The position numbers and the translations under genes were made by a program. Below, in pieces: positions 11,475 to 21,827 of a stretch of DNA of 64,000 bases (the stretch's first letter is position 1; each line of letters opens with the position of its first letter). The stretch covers positions 248,001 to 312,000 of the forward strand of contig NW_026515672.1 in the NCBI RefSeq assembly GCF_025526975.1, in the 5' to 3' direction. The notes beneath the pieces are model-generated. The model made no database searches. It saw nothing but the letters and a program-made list of their open reading frames with translations, and was not told the origin of the DNA. Source of the DNA: Fimicolochytrium jonesii (taxonomy: Eukaryota).

Positions 11475-13484
11475 CTATATCTGCAGTAGCGATGGATCGC
11501 TGCCAAGTACTTCCGCAGTTTCCACAGTAGGCGGTTCCTGCACACCCCCTTCCTTCGAGGCTTCGGTCGGATCGGAAGCGCTCTCTGTTTTCTCTAAATC
11601 CGGTTTCGGGCTCGAACCTCTGACATCCTCTTCCGCATCATGGACAGATTCCGTACCACCCGTAGCCTCCGCAGCGTTCTCCAGGTCTTGGGCCGGAGCC
11701 GTCTCCGGATCCGTTGTAGCGATTGGATCCGAAGTCCCTTCTTCTGAACCCTGAACGGAATCGGGAGTGCTGCTAACCGCGCTAGCGTCCTTTCCTTCAC
11801 CGTCCATCTTCGCACTCTCCCCATCTCCGACGACAAACAGCGGATCCTTCACCTCACTAGGCACATCAACCTCCTCATAGAATTGCACAGTCTGGGGAGT
11901 AAACACATACGTCTGCGCAAACTCCTCCGCGGCCTTTGTGTCGTCCATCTTGTCGAACGCGAGAGCGATTGACTCGAGCATCATCGGGCTAGGAATGTAG
12001 ACGCCCGCGGACGGGGTGGACACATGCCTGTACACGTCCAGCGCCTTTTGCGGCTCGCCCAGCGTCGCGAAGGCTTTGGCGAGGTAATCCCATGGGTCGG
12101 TCTTGAATACATGCGTCGCAGCGGATGGCATGCTTATGGAACTGCTGTTGTCCCACTTTTCGGAGTCGCGTAGCATGTCCTTGTGAACCTCCTCTAATCT
12201 TAGTAGAGCCTCTGGAATCAAAGCCTTTCGACTGGCTTCCTCCGCGACAGTCTCCGGTATCGCGGCGCACGCCTGTATTAGGATAGCGTATGTTTCCGGG
12301 GGAGTCGGCAGTAGCCTTTCAGGGAACTTCCCGACATTCTGGTGATAATGTCGGAGTACCGCGTAAGGTTTGGTGAGGTTCAACCAACACCTGAGCAGGG
12401 CCGCGAGGATATCCTTGTCCATGGGAACTCTAGCTTTTCGTAATTGATATGATAACCGATTGATGTGCCGTTCGTCTGGTTGTACCGAATGTGCGTCGAG
12501 CACTGCTGCGAAGGTCTGCGGGCGCCATGTTATGGTGTCGCTCATTCTCAACTTTTGCAGAACTTTGTTAAGAGATTCCGGAGCATTGAGGTGATGTGGG
12601 CCAAAGCCCTTCAACAAGAACTCGTAGGTTGCGACATTTGGCTGGGCTTGCGTGGATGCTTGAATGGCTGAAAAGAGACCCCACAAGGTACGCTTGTTGA
12701 TGGCGGGGAGTGAAGTGCCTGGTACACCGCCGGATTTCAAGAGTTGATCCAAAATCACGTTGAAAGCAAACACAGGTAGCTGCTTTCTGTTCGCTGACTT
12801 CAGCTTATCGTAGAGAGGAATAGCAGCAGCTGGGTCATCTTTCAGGGCCAGAATATGCAATGCATTCGTTTGTGCCGTCGGAGTCAGTTCAAGGTCCTTC
12901 ATGTCGCCGAGCAATTGCCCGACAAACTCCAGAGCAGAAGGCGAGAATGGAGCACCGCCAATTAAGGTATCAGCTGCAGCAGGGTTGACGAGATGCGAGA
13001 GCAGGTGATTATAATGCAAAACACTCAAGACCAGGCGCGACGCCGGAACGGCCAACAATGCCTTGTACAGAGTTTCGACCCAGGGAACCGGAAGAAGATG
13101 CCCTTCTTGCCAGGAGGCGAGTAGAGAAAGAAGATCATGTAGCGGCACGAGAGACGGATCACTCTGTAGCGAAGTGAGGGTGGCTTTGTATGTACTGTTG
13201 TCGAGAAAATCCGACGAAGGGGCGAGCAATTCACCTCCCACATCTCTCACATCGGAGTTCGACCGAGCAATCGACGAGGAAGAGAAGCAAGAGGAATTCA
13301 GAGGTCGGCTTCGTGTACATATTGCTTTCCAAGGAACGCTCCTCCGGTCCTTGATGTGATTATGGTGACCAGAACGACTCACAGCCGTTCTCGAAAATGG
13401 CTGTATGCAGACCGCTGCCTTCGACCTCGCTTCTTTTGAAACCAAGTGTGAACCCCGGCAGATCAAGTTCCGCACCGAGCACAT
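11475..13484 (-). CDS. Mitochondrial PPR-like helical-repeat protein with an acidic tail (possible frameshift near 11493)
   Basis: Single long ORF with an Arg/Ser-rich presequence and degenerate PPR-like repeats (QPNVATYEFLLKGF, TPPETYAILIQACA, WDYLAKAFATLGEPQKALDVYRHV). Confidence 0.65.
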   Translation of the reverse strand: MCSVRNLICRGSHLVSKEARSKAAVCIQPFSRTAVSRSGHHNHIKDRRSVPWKAICTRSRPLNSSCFSSSSIARSNSDVRDVGGELLAPSSDFLDNSTYKATLTSLQSDPSLVPLHDLLSLLASWQEGHLLPVPWVETLYKALLAVPASRLVLSVLHYNHLLSHLVNPAAADTLIGGAPFSPSALEFVGQLLGDMKDLELTPTAQTNALHILALKDDPAAAIPLYDKLKSANRKQLPVFAFNVILDQLLKSGGVPGTSLPAINKRTLWGLFSAIQASTQAQPNVATYEFLLKGFGPHHLNAPESLNKVLQKLRMSDTITWRPQTFAAVLDAHSVQPDERHINRLSYQLRKARVPMDKDILAALLRCWLNLTKPYAVLRHYHQNVGKFPERLLPTPPETYAILIQACAAIPETVAEEASRKALIPEALLRLEEVHKDMLRDSEKWDNSSSISMPSAATHVFKTDPWDYLAKAFATLGEPQKALDVYRHVSTPSAGVYIPSPMMLESIALAFDKMDDTKAAEEFAQTYVFTPQTVQFYEEVDVPSEVKDPLFVVGDGESAKMDGEGKDASAVSSTPDSVQGSEEGTSDPIATTDPETAPAQDLENAAEATGGTESVHDAEEDVRGSSPKPDLEKTESASDPTEASKEGGVQEPPTVETAEVLGSDPSLLQI

Positions 13485-13937
13485 TGTATGTGAACCCACT
13501 TAGTCGATTCGCACGACAGCTTCTTTGTCGAGTAGATAGCTTCTACTCGCACGTTCCCAGGTTTCTATCCTTCGTCTGCCAGCGTGCACAAGGGTGTCCT
13601 GTGTCGCTTCGTTGGCGTCGTGTGTTTCCAGCCCAAATTCACCCAGTGCGACTTGATGCAGTTATTCCCGCACGAGGGAATTTGCGAGTCCGAGTGGGAG
13701 AACACGAAGAGGCGGAATCGCACGTGTTCTCGCATCAACGCTCGCATCAAGGCTGCATCAACGCTCCACTCCTGCGTCATCGGGCCTGTCATCGCAAGTT
13801 CGGCCGTTTATGGCCTGCATTCGACTGAGAACGACCGGCATTGAAAGCCACATCACTATATAAACCCACTGCACCTCTCTAATACTTTACTTAACCTTTG
13901 AAGCCCCTGCAAGAACCATACCACACCTTAACTCACC

Positions 13938-16848
13938 ATGGCGGACTCCCTGAGTGTCCCCGACATTGACCACCCGGTTAACGGTACCGTCAGCGATGCT
14001 GCCCAACAGAAGCCGGCTCTTGCTCCCTGGAAGCCGACAGACCCAAGCGACCCTCGCTTGCAAGTCGTAAACGAGAACCAGGAGTTCACGTAAGGGCTCT
14101 TCGCGTGGTCTTCCCCATAGCTGCCTGGATTCCACGGCGCTCACCTGTCTCCTGCGTTTCCCACCGTAGATCGGACCTATTGAAGTACATGAGGGACAAG
14201 TGGGACATCACCAAACGCGGATTCGACTATAACGTTGTAGCAGTCTTTGGGTCTCAGAGCACGGGAAAAAGTGAGACGCAGGACGTCGCTTCGAAACGTT
14301 TTCAAAGCCGCCATATTGACCTCTTCCCGCCACCTTTGATAGGCACACTTCTTAACAGGCTGTTCGGTACGAACTTTGACGTTATGAACGAGGTTTCTCG
14401 TCAGCAAACGACAAAAGGCATATGGGTCAGCAAAGCAGACGCAACGAACTTGTTGGTTATGGATGTTGAGGGAACGGATGGTCGTGAGCGTGGGGAAGAC
14501 CAGGACTTTGAGAGGAAGAGCGCGTTGTTCTCCATCGCAATTGCCGAGGTTTTGATAGTCAACATGTGGGAAAACCAAGTCGGTCTATACAATGGAGCAA
14601 ATATGGGACTCTTGAAAACCGTGTTTGAAGTCAACCTTCAGCTCTTCCAGCAGAAAGGGTACGTGCGCGTAGCATGTTGTTCCGCGAGTCGACCCTGCGC
14701 TGACCCTCCCATCCTGCCTTGCTGTACGCAGATCCCCAAAGACGTGTCTCTTTTTTGTTATCCGTGATTTCACTGGCGTCACACCCATCTCCAACCTTCA
14801 GACCAGCTTGATGAAGGATCTGGAGAGGATCTGGGCGGGCTTGATCAAGGTTGGTGTATATGTGACCATTGATGAAAAGTGGTGCCCAGGTTAATGAAAC
14901 CAAACCTCTCTACAGCCTGCAGGGAAGGAAGATTCGCTGATTAGCGACTTCTTCGACTTCAACTTTGCGGGTTTACCGCACAAGATCTTTGCCGGTGAAA
15001 AGTTCGAAGTGGAAGCCAAAACTCTCAAATCGCGCTTCTACGACAAGGAAAACCCTACCTACGTTTTCCAGCCCAACTTCCATAAGCACATCCCTGCCGA
15101 TGGGTTTCCTCAGTTCGCTGAAGCAATCTGGGAAAAGATCGTGACCAACCGCGACTTGGACCTTCCCACCCAGCAGCAGTTGCTAGCGCAATATCGCTGT
15201 GACGAGATCTCGCGTACGGCTTACGAGGAATTCCACACCCAGGTCAAAGGCTACCGCTCGCACCTAGAGAGCGGGAAAGTTCTTGAGGACCTCGGAAAGG
15301 AGGTCGTCCAGCATTACAACGCTGCGTTGGTCGCCTTCGACACAGACGGGAGCCGATACAACAAGGAAGTATACCAAAAGAAGAGGGGGGAACTCAAGGA
15401 GAAGATGGCGAGCGCTTTGCATGTATACTATGTGCAGCAGCTACGAAACCTTCATCAAAAAGCCATCGTACTCTTCAAAGACCGCCTATCCGAGAAGATG
15501 CGGGGGGACGACAGCAATTTCGCCCGCAAGCTGCGCGAGTCCCGGGAGGAAGCCGAGAACTACTACAACCGCATTGCGGAGGCAACAAAGCTGGAAGATG
15601 GCAACTGGAGTAGCGAGGAGTATTTCTCGCAGTTCGAACGGGATATCAGTCAAATTGCTTCCGAGAAGCGCGCCGAGGCGATGGCCCGTGTGGTCAAGAA
15701 CCTCGATCGCTCTTTGCAGCAGGACATGGTTGAGCCGGTACAGGTTGTCCTCAATGATGGGCCGGCCGATGTGTGGAAGCAGATCTTTACCATCTTCAAA
15801 TCGACATTGGTGGACGCCGACGCGACCCTTCGCAAACAGTTGGCCGGTTTCGACTCTTCCGAAGACGAGATCTCCACCTCCGTTCGTGAGATGAAGTATC
15901 AGGCTTGGGAGCTTCTGGGCAAAACCATCCACGACGAGTTTGAGGACGTGAAAGTTCTCGAGAGGTTGAGGCAACGGTTCTTGAACAAGTTCCGATACGA
16001 CGAGACGGGGATTCCACGGGTCTGGCAGGCTGGCGATGATATCGATGGTCCGTTTGCGGAAGCTAGAGATGACGCCGATCAGCTGTGTGTGCTGTATTCG
16101 AAGATTGATGTTCCGCACGCCGAGCTGGATAAGGCCATCACAGAGGATGAGGTGGGTTTCAATCGTTCACCTAAACGTCATTGACAGCCCTCGTTCTTAC
16201 CTTTTTGTATCTGCAGCGTTTCGAACCGTCTTCGTTCGTGGTGCTGTCACCGGCGAAGGTGCAAAGTCTACGGGATCGTTTCCGGAAGGAAGCCGATCTG
16301 TTGTTTGTGGAAGCAAAGCGTTCTATCGTCCAATCGCAGGTTGGACCAAGCAAGATCTTCTACCTTGCGACTTTAGCTTTGGGATGGAACGAGCTGTGGA
16401 TGGTTTTGACCAACCCACTTCTCACGGTATTCACCGTCATGCTCTTGGGTGGTGAGTTCACAAGATTTATTGTCATGTGGTCTTTTCGCGGAAATCTTCC
16501 TGACTGTGAATCTTTGCAACAGTTGCCTACACCTTGTGGCGATCGGGACTCGCCGGTCCCCTAATCCAAGCTGCACGACACGCAGCTCACCAAGTGACAC
16601 AGAACGCTGGAGACAACCCCAACATCGCCAATATTCTCAACCAAGCTCGTCCCTTCGTCAACAAGAACCTTACCAACCTTCAAGGCGGCCGGTCGGCTTC
16701 ACAACCATCGTTATCGTCGCAGGGCCAGAGGAGGAGATGGAGGAATGATGAAGCTGACTCGGACTCGGACAGTGTTGAGCTGCAGCAACAGACAAGTCGG
16801 AGCACGTCGGAACTGTCTGGGAGGAGGAGCAACCTCAGGGATGACTAG
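13938..16848 (+). CDS. SEY1: Sey1/RHD3 dynamin-like ER fusion GTPase
   Basis: [68 protein letters not shown] and a C-terminal TM hairpin [15 protein letters not shown]. Confidence 0.96.
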
Positions 16849-17443
16849 ATTGCGTTTTGCGCTCGATTACAATCTGCCACCTACCTCAGACATTCAAGAG
16901 ACGCTCGGATTCCCTTGGAGGTCGTGGTCTCTGCAGATTCACGCCAACAGGGTCCAAGCCTTTCGTCGTCTTCCCCTCAGGCTTGTCTAGCCTGGTCCCA
17001 CTCATACTTGCATTTTGCTCCCCCCTTAAATATGCTCTCTTTTGCGTCTTTGTGGCATAGCTCTGCCTGCGCTTGTGTACAGTACTGTGAATGACACATT
17101 TTCTCCTGTATATCTATGGTATTGTGTGTTTGCGGGTGTGGAGTTGCACCTCCTGCACCGAGTTGCGATGAGGTCATTTCGAAACCTCACGCGTCGTGAA
17201 GGGAATCCTGAACTTGTTTGTTGTGCAATTTGTCTTTTGCGAACATCTCCAGTCTGTCCGTTTGACCTTTGCAGCTTAGAACCTAGTTCTCCGCAGTTTC
17301 ATCCAGTCCTTACGAGGCTCTTACTCAGTAATAGCTTCAAGTGCAGCATCCACTGGCATTCTGGTCTTTCCCTGGTTGTCACCCACAAGCGAAGAAGGCT
17401 ACGTGACATTGCCGCAATTCCACCAACAAACAACCAACCCAAT

Positions 17444-18181
17444 ATGAGCTCAGTTCCAATCACCAGTGGAGAGAAACACGTCAGCGACGGCTTCGTCTCC
17501 ACCCTCCTCGGTCCATCGTGCACCTCCCTAAACGACCCGGGCTGCCAGCTCCTCTTCCTTTCCAAAGTCATCGGCCTCGGCATCCTCGTCCTCGGCTCCG
17601 TCCTCAAACTCCCATCGGTCTTCCCCGTCCTGCGAACCCAATCCACGCGCGGGCTGCCCATCCTGGCCCTCCTCCTCGAAACGTTCGGGTTCACGGTCGG
17701 GATCGCGTCCAATATCCGCCAGGCGAACCCGTTCACGACGTGGGGCGAGGCGCCGTGTTTGCTTGCTGCCAACCTTGTCATGTTGCTGGTGCACTGGAAG
17801 AACCAGATGTTTAGGGTTATTGTGGGCGGGGCGCTCTACGCGTGGCTGTTCCGCAATCTGCTCTCGAGTGATAGAACCTCTGAGGCGACGATGCAGACGC
17901 TGTTGAGTGCGACGGTGCCGGCGTTCATGGGCGGGACGGTGCTGCAGATTCTTGCCAATTTTCGGGAGAAGCACATTGGGGCCATCTCTCCTGCTACGCT
18001 CACGATGGGGTTGATGTGTGGGCTGGGGCGGATGTTGACGACATTTGTGGAGGTGGAGGACCCTGTGATGAGACTGAGTAGCGCGCTGGGGACCTTCTTG
18101 GGGTTCGTGATGTGGGCGCAGATGATTGCTTACAGGGAAGGAACTCGCAAGTTCTTGTCGCAGGGTGCAAAGGCCCATTAG
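17444..18181 (+). CDS. MPDU1/Lec35-like PQ-loop membrane protein, intronless, 245 aa
   Basis: LFLSKVIGLGILVLGSVLKLPSVF..STRGL..NPFTTWGE..LQILANFREKHIGAIS..GRMLTTFVE follows the MPDU1 pattern. Confidence 0.8.
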   Translation: MSSVPITSGEKHVSDGFVSTLLGPSCTSLNDPGCQLLFLSKVIGLGILVLGSVLKLPSVFPVLRTQSTRGLPILALLLETFGFTVGIASNIRQANPFTTWGEAPCLLAANLVMLLVHWKNQMFRVIVGGALYAWLFRNLLSSDRTSEATMQTLLSATVPAFMGGTVLQILANFREKHIGAISPATLTMGLMCGLGRMLTTFVEVEDPVMRLSSALGTFLGFVMWAQMIAYREGTRKFLSQGAKAH

Positions 18182-18465
18182 ACCGGCTCGGCTGCTCCAT
18201 AGTCGTGATTTATCTACTCGCATTACATCTCTATACGCACAGACATGTTTCCACTCCGTCAATATCATACCCTTCACGTTCAGATCATATGATGGACGGC
18301 CGGAATCCCGCCTTCACACGTTACCGCCATTTCCCCCATTTCCAGGTAGCAGAACTGAAAACACATATGATTTCCGTAAATGATGAACGCCTACATATAA
18401 CTGAACTAAAGAAGCCTATTTACAATTCGGAGCATCAGCGAGCGCAAAGCTACAAATCCGCTCCC

Positions 18466-21400
18466 TCAATGCGTACGCCTTGGAGGCCCGCCACCACTCG
18501 CCCGCCTCCCTATTCCTGCACCCGATGCTTCATCTCCATGTATCGCCCCGCTGAACCCAAGCCCTGTGGGGTCAACGTTCAGTGACCCGGGCAAGTAAAG
18601 CTCAGTTGATGTCGGCTGCGCAAACATCGGGTGCATCTGTTGCGCCTGCTGCTGCTGTTGTTGTTGTGATGGCATGGTTCGATGGATATTCGACCCCGAA
18701 GTCGAGGAGCTTGCGGACGGTCTGCGTTCCCGTACTTGTTCGGGTGCATAATGCAACGGGTACTGAGTCTGCATATACATCGGCATGCCTCCCATTCCCA
18801 TTGGCATTCCAGAACCTACTCCCGACGGTGTAGACATCATCGGCGCCGTCATGGGTAATGCCATGGGCATTGACATTGGCATTCGAATATCCATGGATAG
18901 GTTCATGCTCGTGGGTATTGGTGGCAGTGAGCCGGCCATGGCCATGGAGAAGCTAGGTAATGACGACGGCTGTTGAAGCGAGGCATTTGAAAAGTGCCTG
19001 AGGGAATCGGTCCCAGGTGTGAGGTTGGAACCGTAACCGGTTGCGACCGACTGCTGGGATTTCTTTCGCGTCGACGGTTCACCCATTGGCGCAGTATACC
19101 GCGATGACCCCGTAGACCGGCCGGTTCCACTTTGGCTTGCGTTATGAGATGAATTCAGCATGGAAATACCGTCGCCGGATGTCGATAAAGTGGGTGCGAA
19201 ATCATTGAGGAAGTCCGTATACGATGATTGATAGACGTTTGCAAAATCATTATGGGCTTCCGCGGCGGGAGCCATTGGATACGGCTGTCGCGATGTGAAA
19301 CCCGCGTATTGCAACTGCGTCGGTTGCGAGAGTGGTACGCCTCCGTCAGCGCGTCCCTTTCCGAATCCGGAAGGTTTCGAAAGTATGGGAGCTGTTGAGA
19401 CGGTGTGTCCATACACCAAGTGCGTACTTGCATTCGCGTCGATGATGTCCATGTCGGCGTGGGTGGTATAGCCCCGAGAGTCAGAACTGCCCCTTCTAGA
19501 CGCACTTTGCGAGGTGAATTGAGATCCTGATGAAGGACCTGTGACTGCTGCTGAGACATTTGTGGAAGTCCCCGCTATCATAGGCACCAAACCCGCGCCA
19601 TTTGATACTCGATCTACACCCTGAATCTTCGAAGGGATCGGCGGGATATCTTCAGCGAGGTACTTTTCGGAAGCGGGTGAAGGCTTCCTAGTGGGCGCCG
19701 GGGTTATCAATGCCGCGGTTATCGATGACGAAAGCGAAGCGGCGGAAGAACGCGGCGTCGTTTCTGAGTGTGATGGTTGCAACTGCGTATGGGCGGAATT
19801 TGTTTGCAGAGCGTGTGATACACCGATTGGTGGCGCAACTGCAGATGGTGGATTTGGTTTCTGCGTCTCGGATGGGGCTGACTGGGCAGCGGGTGTTCGG
19901 CTAAGTCCCATCGATGTTGCAATCGTAGTCCCGGATGGGAGAGGGTCAGGAGCTGCTTGTTCAGAAACATTGGCTACAGACCCTGGGCGCGCCTGAGACT
20001 GCGGACTTGCATTTTCTGATGCAGTAGAATCTTTCGGTTTCGGAATTTCAGGGGTCGAACCATCCGCTGTCCGTGACACATGAGCCGAGGACAATGACCG
20101 CCGCCGACCAGATTCTCCGAAACCATATGCCTGTGATGCAGCTGGCCCAGCCAACGATGGTGACGTAAAGCTGCTGCTGATATTCGACGAGGCAGTGTTT
20201 TGCCTCTTCCGCTGCCTTGCCTGGGCTTCATCCTCCATGCGTCGGACTGTATCCGAAATAGCTGCCAGCTCATCTAGCGGATTGGGATCCCGCGCGATTG
20301 TGGTGTTGGAGGTGTTTGTGGAGGACACCATTGAAGATGACCGAGTGCGTGACGAAGGGTTATAATGTGTCGACGGGGGATGTTGAGAAGAGGGAATCAT
20401 TGTGCCAGATATCCTTCGCTTCATACCGCCATTGCCGTGTATATGTGGCCGAGCCATTGTCGGTGAATCGACAGTCGCCACCGACATTGACGGAGGTGCA
20501 CCACCCGTAGTGTGACGGATTCCACGCCCAGATGATGCCGAGCTTGCGGACAGGGGGGGCTTATTAAATTGTTCCATCCCTGGCAGGAAGGGTAACAAGG
20601 ATGCCACGCTGCCCCCGCTCGCCACTACAGCCGCTCCCAGAGCAGCCGCCAGTTGCTCGAAAGTCAGGTTTCCGAAATCGATCTGACCAAGACCGGATGC
20701 ACCATTTCCCAGTCCACTTTTCGCATCCTGCACAAGGTTCGAGTGATCGAAGAACTTATGGTCGTATTCGAAAAGCTTCGCATCGGTAGCGGTGAGGTCG
20801 TCCGACAACCTTTCACTTGTGTCATGCGGTAGTGACTCTACCCCACGAGATCTGTTGGCAATAGATTCCAGCGCCTTCGCCGCTGCTATCTCCTCATCCT
20901 CCACTACAACCGGTATGTCTTCCTCGTCCACGTCACCCAAAACGGACTCCTTCGCTCGTAAGAGAACAGTATGACACAAACTCGACAGGACATCCAATTT
21001 CGACATGTTTCGAAGTGCCTCCAGGCTGCTATCAATATTCTCGGAAGGCTCCTCATGCTGTTCGTATTTCTCCCTTTTTGTTGTTCCTATCCGTTGTCGT
21101 TCTTTCCGTTGAGAGTCCGCACACGTCGACTCGAGACCAAACTTGATACATCGCCCGCATGGTCGGCCGTTATCGCACTTTTTGCAAGCCTTTTGGCAGT
21201 TCACTGTTGGAGGAATGTTCTTTAGCTCTTGCCTAGGCGTGAGAATTTTCCCCACACGGCAGGACATTTACCACAAGCACGTTTGACCTGGGTTCGTTTC
21301 CTCGGTTCCTCTTCTTTTGCTGTCCGGTGGTGGGGGGCATATTCATGTGCCGAGAAACTATTATTGCGACGGTTTTCCCTTTCCGTATCGAACAGCATGG

Positions 21401-21563
21401 GGTTGGTGTTATCGGGTGACAGTGCAGGAGTTGGCAGTCCGTCGTCGTGGGTGACTCCTTCCATCGAGCGGACTTGCGAGTCAGTTCCCGAAGGAGGGGC
21501 CAAACGAGTGTTCTGTACTCTCGACTCTTTCAGTGAAGCGCTAGAGTTTGTGACTTCAGCCAT
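18466..21563 (-). CDS. Zn(II)2Cys6 transcription factor (Ert1/AcuK/Rds2-type cluster) with a long low-complexity C-terminus
   Basis: Removing intron 21204-21271 gives RKRTQVKRACVNCQKACKKCDNGRPCGRCIKFGLESTCADSQRKERQR, a six-Cys binuclear cluster. Confidence 0.88.
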
Positions 21564-21827
21564 AGTGGTCCTGGAGGCTGGTGGGAAAGAGTCGGACTGC
21601 TTCCGAGTCTGTTCCGTTGCTGCCTGAGCCTTTGCAGATAGGGGAAAGGGGGGGGAAGTTACATATGCACACGCAAGCCCACTTTGAATTCAGCAGCAAA
21701 CGCGCCTCCTGTCAATTTCACACCGGTTGACGCAGTTCAGCAGTTTGGCGGCGGGACGTGAACGAAACGAGCTTCACACGGTACACCCCTGGGAAGTGCA
21801 GTAGGCGCAATCCTCTCGGCAAACGGA

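Noticed and set aside
17042..17443. 134-codon N-terminal extension of the MPDU1-like ORF
   Set aside because: It starts at TTG and has non-protein-like composition. The ATG at 17444 has good context and gives the family-typical length.
17528..18277. 249-aa antisense ORF, and similar ones at 15486-16118 and 42291-43184
   Set aside because: Shadow ORFs opposite GC3-rich real genes.
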